NCBI RefSeq assembly: GCF_032444005.1
Contig: NC_091288.1
Location: 221,278,001 to 221,342,000, forward strand
Origin: Ranitomeya imitator
Lineage: Eukaryota
Reading direction: 5' to 3'
DNA: 64,000 nucleotides
Shown here: positions 58,613 through 64,000 of the stretch, piece after piece
Layout: the number at the start of each line of letters is the position of its first letter
Numbering within the stretch: position 1 is the stretch's first letter
Made by a program: the position numbers and the translations under genes
Notes under the pieces: model-generated
Told to the model about the DNA's origin: nothing
Database searches by the model: none
The model's input: the letters and a program-made list of their open reading frames with translations, nothing else

Positions 58613-59659
58613 TTGTCTCCCTCCCTAATATTGCAGGCGCAGGGAGGACTCTGCTGCATCGCCTTAAAGGGGAAGGGCTGGAGGAACATGACACAAAACT
58701 GCGCTGACAGGGAAGCCCAGAACAGGGAGGGAACCATAGTGGGCGCAGAGGTTGCATTTGTACCCGGGCCCTGGAGCCCGAGGGGCCCAAATAGTCCTTA
58801 TGGACCATATGAAAAGACTAATAATATTAAAGTCCTGCGATAGTTGGGCCGGGGGCCATGATGGAGATTTCTATTTGGGCCCAGGAGGTTCAGGTTACGT
58901 CACTGTAACGTCCTCGGATTATGGAGGAATCGCCCTCTTGTGTCGTTACACATTCTACCTCGTGTCTGGCTCTGGGAAAGCTGGGTGACCATCACCACTG
59001 GAGATCATCCAGCTTTCCAAGGGGTCTGAATGGTAATAAAATGAAATGAATCCGTCCTCCGGGGTCCGTGTATTCAGCTGATTCATTGGGGTTCAGGAAA
59101 GCTGTGTGACGTGTGTATAGCAGATACAGTGCCATATAGATTAAAACCATCACTGGGGTCCGGACTCCATCTTCTGAGATCATCCAGGACCCCGGAAACA
59201 GAGAAGTAACGTCACTCTCCAGGGCCCCACAGCCCAGACTGTGGACACCAGAGACTTCCCCGTACCTCACAGGCCCAGAATTTGGGGATCTGTCCCTCTG
59301 TCAGAGCAGATATGCTGGAATACAATGGTGGAGCAGGGAGCCGTCTGGTCTCTGCTCCACCATCTGTCTATAGAGAAGATTCCTCCAGAGAGCAGGACAC
59401 ACAGGCAGGGGGATGCGTATGCCAGGCATCAGTCTGTATGTGGGGGCCATGATAAGCATTATACTGTGTGTGGGGGCACATTAGGGCCATGAAATCACTG
59501 CCAGACTGTGGGAACATGTACGGGCTTCACTAGGAGCAATATGTCTGTGTGGGCGCATATCTAGGACAGGGAGAGGTTCAGTAGTGTAGAGTAAAGCAGG
59601 TGTGCGAGGTTTCGAGGTGTGCGAGGTTTCCGTGGGGGGCGCTCGATGCTGGACATGGG

Positions 59660-59880
59660 GGGCAGGTGAGGACAGGGATGAGAAAGTGAATAAATGGTGG
59701 TCAGCTAGAGAGAGAAGTGAGGTTAGATGGGGAGCAGAGGCAGGTGAAGAGGAGGTCTAGGGTACGTCCACCCCGGTGGGTGGCTGCGGAGGACCACAGT
59801 GTAAGACCAAAGGATGAAAGGAGTGACAGGAATTTGGAGGCTGCTGACCAGTGGGAATGGTGATAGGAAGGAGGAATAAT
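59660..59880 (-). mobile_element. L2-clade LINE endonuclease fragment
   Basis: AASKFLSLLSSFGLTLWSSAATHRGGRTLDLLFT...LADH, the APE endonuclease C-terminal motifs (TH..G.TLDL, SDH). Confidence 0.75.
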
Positions 59881-60080
59881 ATCAGAGGAGGGATCCGCAT
59901 CCTCATTCAGCATAAGCCAGCCTTGGAGCGCCCCCTACTGGCCATATCCCTGCACTGGATGCACCCAGACACAGACATGCAAGATCAGAGCTACATTTAC
60001 AAGGCCGACCAGTACAACTGTGCACATGGCCACCTGAGCAGTCATAAGCATTTCATACTTACGTAAATTATATTGTGATT

Positions 60081-60126
60081 CCCCCTTGACAAAGCGAGAT
60101 CTATGTATGCGAAACGTACGTCGGGG
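60081..60126 (+). ncRNA. Minimal type I hammerhead ribozyme of Penelope-like-element type (U3-A8 core variant)
   Basis: CCCCC-TTGACAA-A-GCG..(loop)..TGC-GAAA-CGTACG-TC-GGGG: stem I, core, short stem II, GAAA, palindromic helix III, GUC cleavage triplet. Confidence 0.6.
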
Positions 60127-60250
60127 TAGCGTTTGGTAGCAGCAAGCAGAGCATATTTATGATGAGTAAGAGCATTATTGTCACATACAAATATGAATTT
60201 AGGTATGGGTGCTGATGTATTTGGTGCTATGTTATATTCTGACAATTGTA

Positions 60251-60513
60251 CGGTGGCTCAGTGGTTAGCACAGCAGCGCTGGAGTCCTGGGTTCAAATCC
60301 TGCCAAGGACAACAACTGCAAGGAGTTTGTATGTTCTCTCCATGTTTGCGTGGGTTTCCTCCGGGTTCTCCGGTTTCCTCCCACATTCCAAAGACATACT
60401 GATAGGGAATTTAGATTGTGAGCCCCAACGGGGACAGTGATGATAATGTGTGCAAAACTGTAAAGCGCTGCGGAATATGTTAGCGCTACATAAAAATAAA
60501 GATTATTATTATT
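60251..60513 (+). mobile_element. Near full-length V-SINE with L2-type 3' tail
   Basis: A box, B box GGTTCAAATCC, V domain GGGTTTCCTCCGGGTTCTCCGGTTTCCTCCCAC, tail TGTAAAGCGCTGCGGAATATGTTAGCGCT...(ATT)n. Confidence 0.88.
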
Positions 60514-60759
60514 ATTGTGTCTATTTTATTCTATTTCATCTGTGCATTCATATCTATATACTTATTTTGATGCTAAACATATGTACTGTGCAGTGGCTAA
60601 ACACTTTTGTAGTCGTCCTATGTATATTTAATTATTTTGTTCGTGTAATTTCAATAAAGTATTTATTTTAACTATAAAAAACTCCTTGTTTTCTACTTGG
60701 TTAAAGCTTTGTGGATTTAGCTTTTAATGAAACTTTAAGGTCGCATAATGACTGAAAGG

Positions 60760-63700
60760 TCCATGCATGTGTCTATATGTATGTGCTCCCTCTATGCATG
60801 TGTCTGTATGTATGTGCTCCCTCTATGCATGTGTCTGTATGTATGTGCTCCGTCCATGCATGTGTCTGTATGTATGTGCTCCGTCCATGCATGTGTCTGT
60901 ATGTATGTGCTCCGTCCATGCATGTGTCTGTATGTATGTGCTCCGTCCATGCATGTGTCTGTATGTATGTGCTCCGTCCATGCATGTGTCTATGTATGTG
61001 CTCCGTCCCTCCATGTGTCTGTATGTATGTGCTCCGTCCATGCATGTGTCTGTATGTATGTGCTCCGTCCATGCATGTGTCTGTATGTATGTGCTCCGTC
61101 CATGCATGTGTCTGTATGTATGTGCTCCGTCCATGCATGTGTCTATGTATGTGCTCCGTCCCTCCATGTGTCTGTATGTATATGCTCCGTCCATGTATGT
61201 GTCTATGTATGTGCTCCGTCCCTCCATGTGTCTGTATGTATGTGCTCCGTCCATGCATGTGTCTGTATGTTTGTGCTCCGTCCATGTATGTGTCTATATG
61301 TATGTGCTCCCTCTATGCATGTGTCTATATGTATGTGCTCCGTCCCTCCATGTGTCTATATGTATGTGCTCCCTCTATGCATGTGTCTATATGTATGTGC
61401 TCCGTCCCTCCATGTGTCTATATGTATGTGCTCCCTCTATGCATGTGTCTGTATGTATGTGCTCCGTCCCTCCATGTGTCTGTATGTATGTGCTCCGTCC
61501 ATGCATGTGTCTGTATGTATGTGCTCCGTCCATGCATGTGTCTGTATGTATGTGCTCCGTCCATGCATGTGTCTGTATGTATGTGCTCCCTCTATGCATG
61601 TGTCTGTATGTATGTGCTCCGTCCATGCATGTGTCTGTATGTATGTGCTCCGTCCATGCATGTGTCTGTATGTATGTGCTCCGTCCATGCATGTGTCAGT
61701 ATGTATGTGCTCCGTCCATGCATGTGTCTGTATGTATATGCTCCGTCCATGTATGTGTCTATATGTATGTGCTCCCTCTATGCATGTGTCTGTATGTATG
61801 TGCTCCGTCCATGCATGTGTCTGTATGTATGTGCTCCGTCCATGCATGTGTCTGTATGTATGTGCTCCATCCATGCATGTGTCTGTATGTATGTGCTCCG
61901 TCCATGCATGTGTCAGTATGTATGTGCTCCGTCCATGCATGTGTCTGTATGTATGTGCTCCGTCCCTCCATGTGTCTGTATGTATGTGCTCCGTCCATGC
62001 ATGTGTCAGTATGTATGTGCTCCGTCCATGCATGTGTCTGTATGTATGTGCTCCGTCCATGCATGTGTCTGTATGTATGTGCTCCGTCCCTCCATGTGTC
62101 TGTATGTATGTGCTCCGTCCATGCATGTGTCAGTATGTATGTGCTCCGTCCATGCATGTGTCTGTATGTATGTGCTCCGTCCATGCATGTGTCTGTATGT
62201 ATGTTCTCCATGTATGTGTCTGTATGTATGTGCTCCGTCCATGCATGTGTCTGTATGTATGTGCTCGGTCCATGCATGTGTCTGTATGTATGTGCTCCGT
62301 CCCTCCATGTGTCTGTATGTATATGCTCCGTCCCTCCATGTGTCTGTATGTATATGCTCCGTCCATGCATATGTCTATATGTATGTGCTCCCTCTATGCA
62401 TGTGTCTGTATGTATGTGCTCCGTCCATGCATGTGTCTGTATGTATGTTCTCCATGTATGTGTCTGTATGTATGTGCTCCGTCCATGCATGTGTCTGTAT
62501 GTATGTGCTCGGTCCATGCATGTGTCTGTATGTATGTGCTCCGTCCCTCCATGTGTCTGTATGTATGTGCTCGGTCCATGCATGTGTCTGTATGTATGTG
62601 CTCCATCCATGCATGTGTCTGTATGTATGTGCTCCGTCCATGCATGTGTCTGTATGTATGTGCTCCGTCCATGCATGTGTCTGTATGTATGTGCTCCGTC
62701 CATGCATGTGTCTGTATGTATGTGCTCCGTCCATGCATGTGTCTGTATGTATGTGCTCCGTCCATGCACGTGTCAGTATGTATGTGCTCCGTCCATGCAT
62801 GTGTCAGTATGTATGTGCTCTGTCCATGCATGTGTCTGTATGTATGTGCTCCGTCCATGCATGTGTCTGTATGTATGTGCTCCGTCCCTCCATGTGTCTG
62901 TATGTATGTGCTCCGTCCATGCACGTGTCAGTATGTATGTGCTCCGTCCTTACATGTGTCTGTATGTATGTGCTCCGTCCCTCCATGTGTCTGTATGTAT
63001 GTGCTCCGTCCCTCCATGTGTCTGTATGTATATGCTCCGTCCATGCATATGTCTATATGTATGTGCTCCCTCTATGCATGTGTCTGTATGTATGTGCTCC
63101 GTCCATGCATGTGTCTGTATGTATGTTCTCCATGTATGTGTCTGTATGTATGTGCTCCGTCCATGCATGTGTCTGTATGTATGTGCTCGGTCCATGCATG
63201 TGTCTGTATGTATGTGCTCCGTCCCTCCATGTGTCTGTATGTATGTGCTCGGTCCATGCATGTGTCTGTATGTATGTGCTCCATCCATGCATGTGTCTGT
63301 ATGTATGTGCTCCGTCCATGCATGTGTCTGTATGTATGTGCTCCGTCCATGCATGTGTCTGTATGTATGTGCTCCGTCCATGCATGTGTCTGTATGTATG
63401 TGCTCCGTCCATGCATGTGTCTGTATGTATGTGCTCCGTCCATGCACGTGTCAGTATGTATGTGCTCCGTCCATGCATGTGTCAGTATGTATGTGCTCTG
63501 TCCATGCATGTGTCTGTATGTATGTGCTCCGTCCATGCATGTGTCTGTATGTATGTGCTCCGTCCCTCCATGTGTCTGTATGTATGTGCTCCGTCCATGC
63601 ACGTGTCAGTATGTATGTGCTCCGTCCTTACATGTGTCTGTATGTATGTGCTCCGTCCATGCATGTGTCTGTATGTATGTGCTCTGTCCATGCATGTGTC

Positions 63701-64000
63701 TGTATGTATGTGCTCCGTCCATGCATGTGTCTGTATGTATGTGCTCCGTCCCTCCATGTGTCTGTATGTATGTGCTCCGTCCATGCATGTGTCAGTATGT
63801 ATGTGCTCCGTCCATGCATGTGTCTGTATGTATGTGCTCCGTCCATGCATGTGTCTGTATGTATGTGCTCCGTCCCTCCATGTGTCTGTATGTATGTGCT
63901 CCGTCCATGCATGTGTCAGTATGTATGTGCTCCGTCCATGCATGTGTCTGTATGTATGTGCTCCGTCCATGCATGTGTCTGTATGTATGTTCTCCATGTA
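60760..64000. repeat. 31-bp satellite (GTGCTCCGTCCATGCATGTGTCTGTATGTAT)n, runs off window
   Basis: Unit read directly; 678-bp higher-order duplication (identical ORFs at 62375/63053 and 62394/63072). Confidence 0.97.

Noticed and set aside
58209-58737. Open frames near the ISRE cluster as the first coding exon of the TIR-like gene
   Set aside because: The candidate donor (AAG|GTGAAA, 58566) is phase 0 whereas phase 2 is needed, and there is no recognisable homology; left unresolved.

Overview
Vertebrate DNA, very probably anuran (frog); this is inferred from the V-SINE, the L2, Tc1 and T2-type MITE families and the satellite types. About 36 kb of the 64 kb is GC-rich tandem repeat, and nearly all long ORFs in the supplied track are artefacts of those arrays. 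I reconstructed three genes by hand from splice sites and reading-frame phase. (1) A complete 6-exon PPIL3 cyclophilin (+, 2270-16190, 161 aa) whose large introns are almost pure minisatellite. (2) A complete 4-exon, 291-aa P-loop NTPase/GTPase-like gene resembling IFI44/IFI44L-type proteins (-, 42954-25180). (3) Directly upstream on the same strand, a gene with at least 7 exons (-, 53103-44510, N-terminus unresolved) ending in a ~135-aa domain with a TIR-like beta/alpha pattern and an EL motif at the position of the TIR catalytic Glu. IRF-element/ISRE-like motifs lie at the 5' end of gene 2 and ~5.5 kb upstream of the first resolved exon of gene 3. The best candidate for an undescribed system is therefore an interferon-responsive TIR-like plus GTPase-like amphibian immune module; this is inference. 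Mobile DNA includes an intact, very young Ty3/Gypsy chromovirus with a self-priming PBS, plus L1, L2, Tc1, Chapaev-like, V-SINE and MITE fragments and a Penelope-type minimal hammerhead ribozyme. One satellite can be traced to a SINE head and another to a splice donor.
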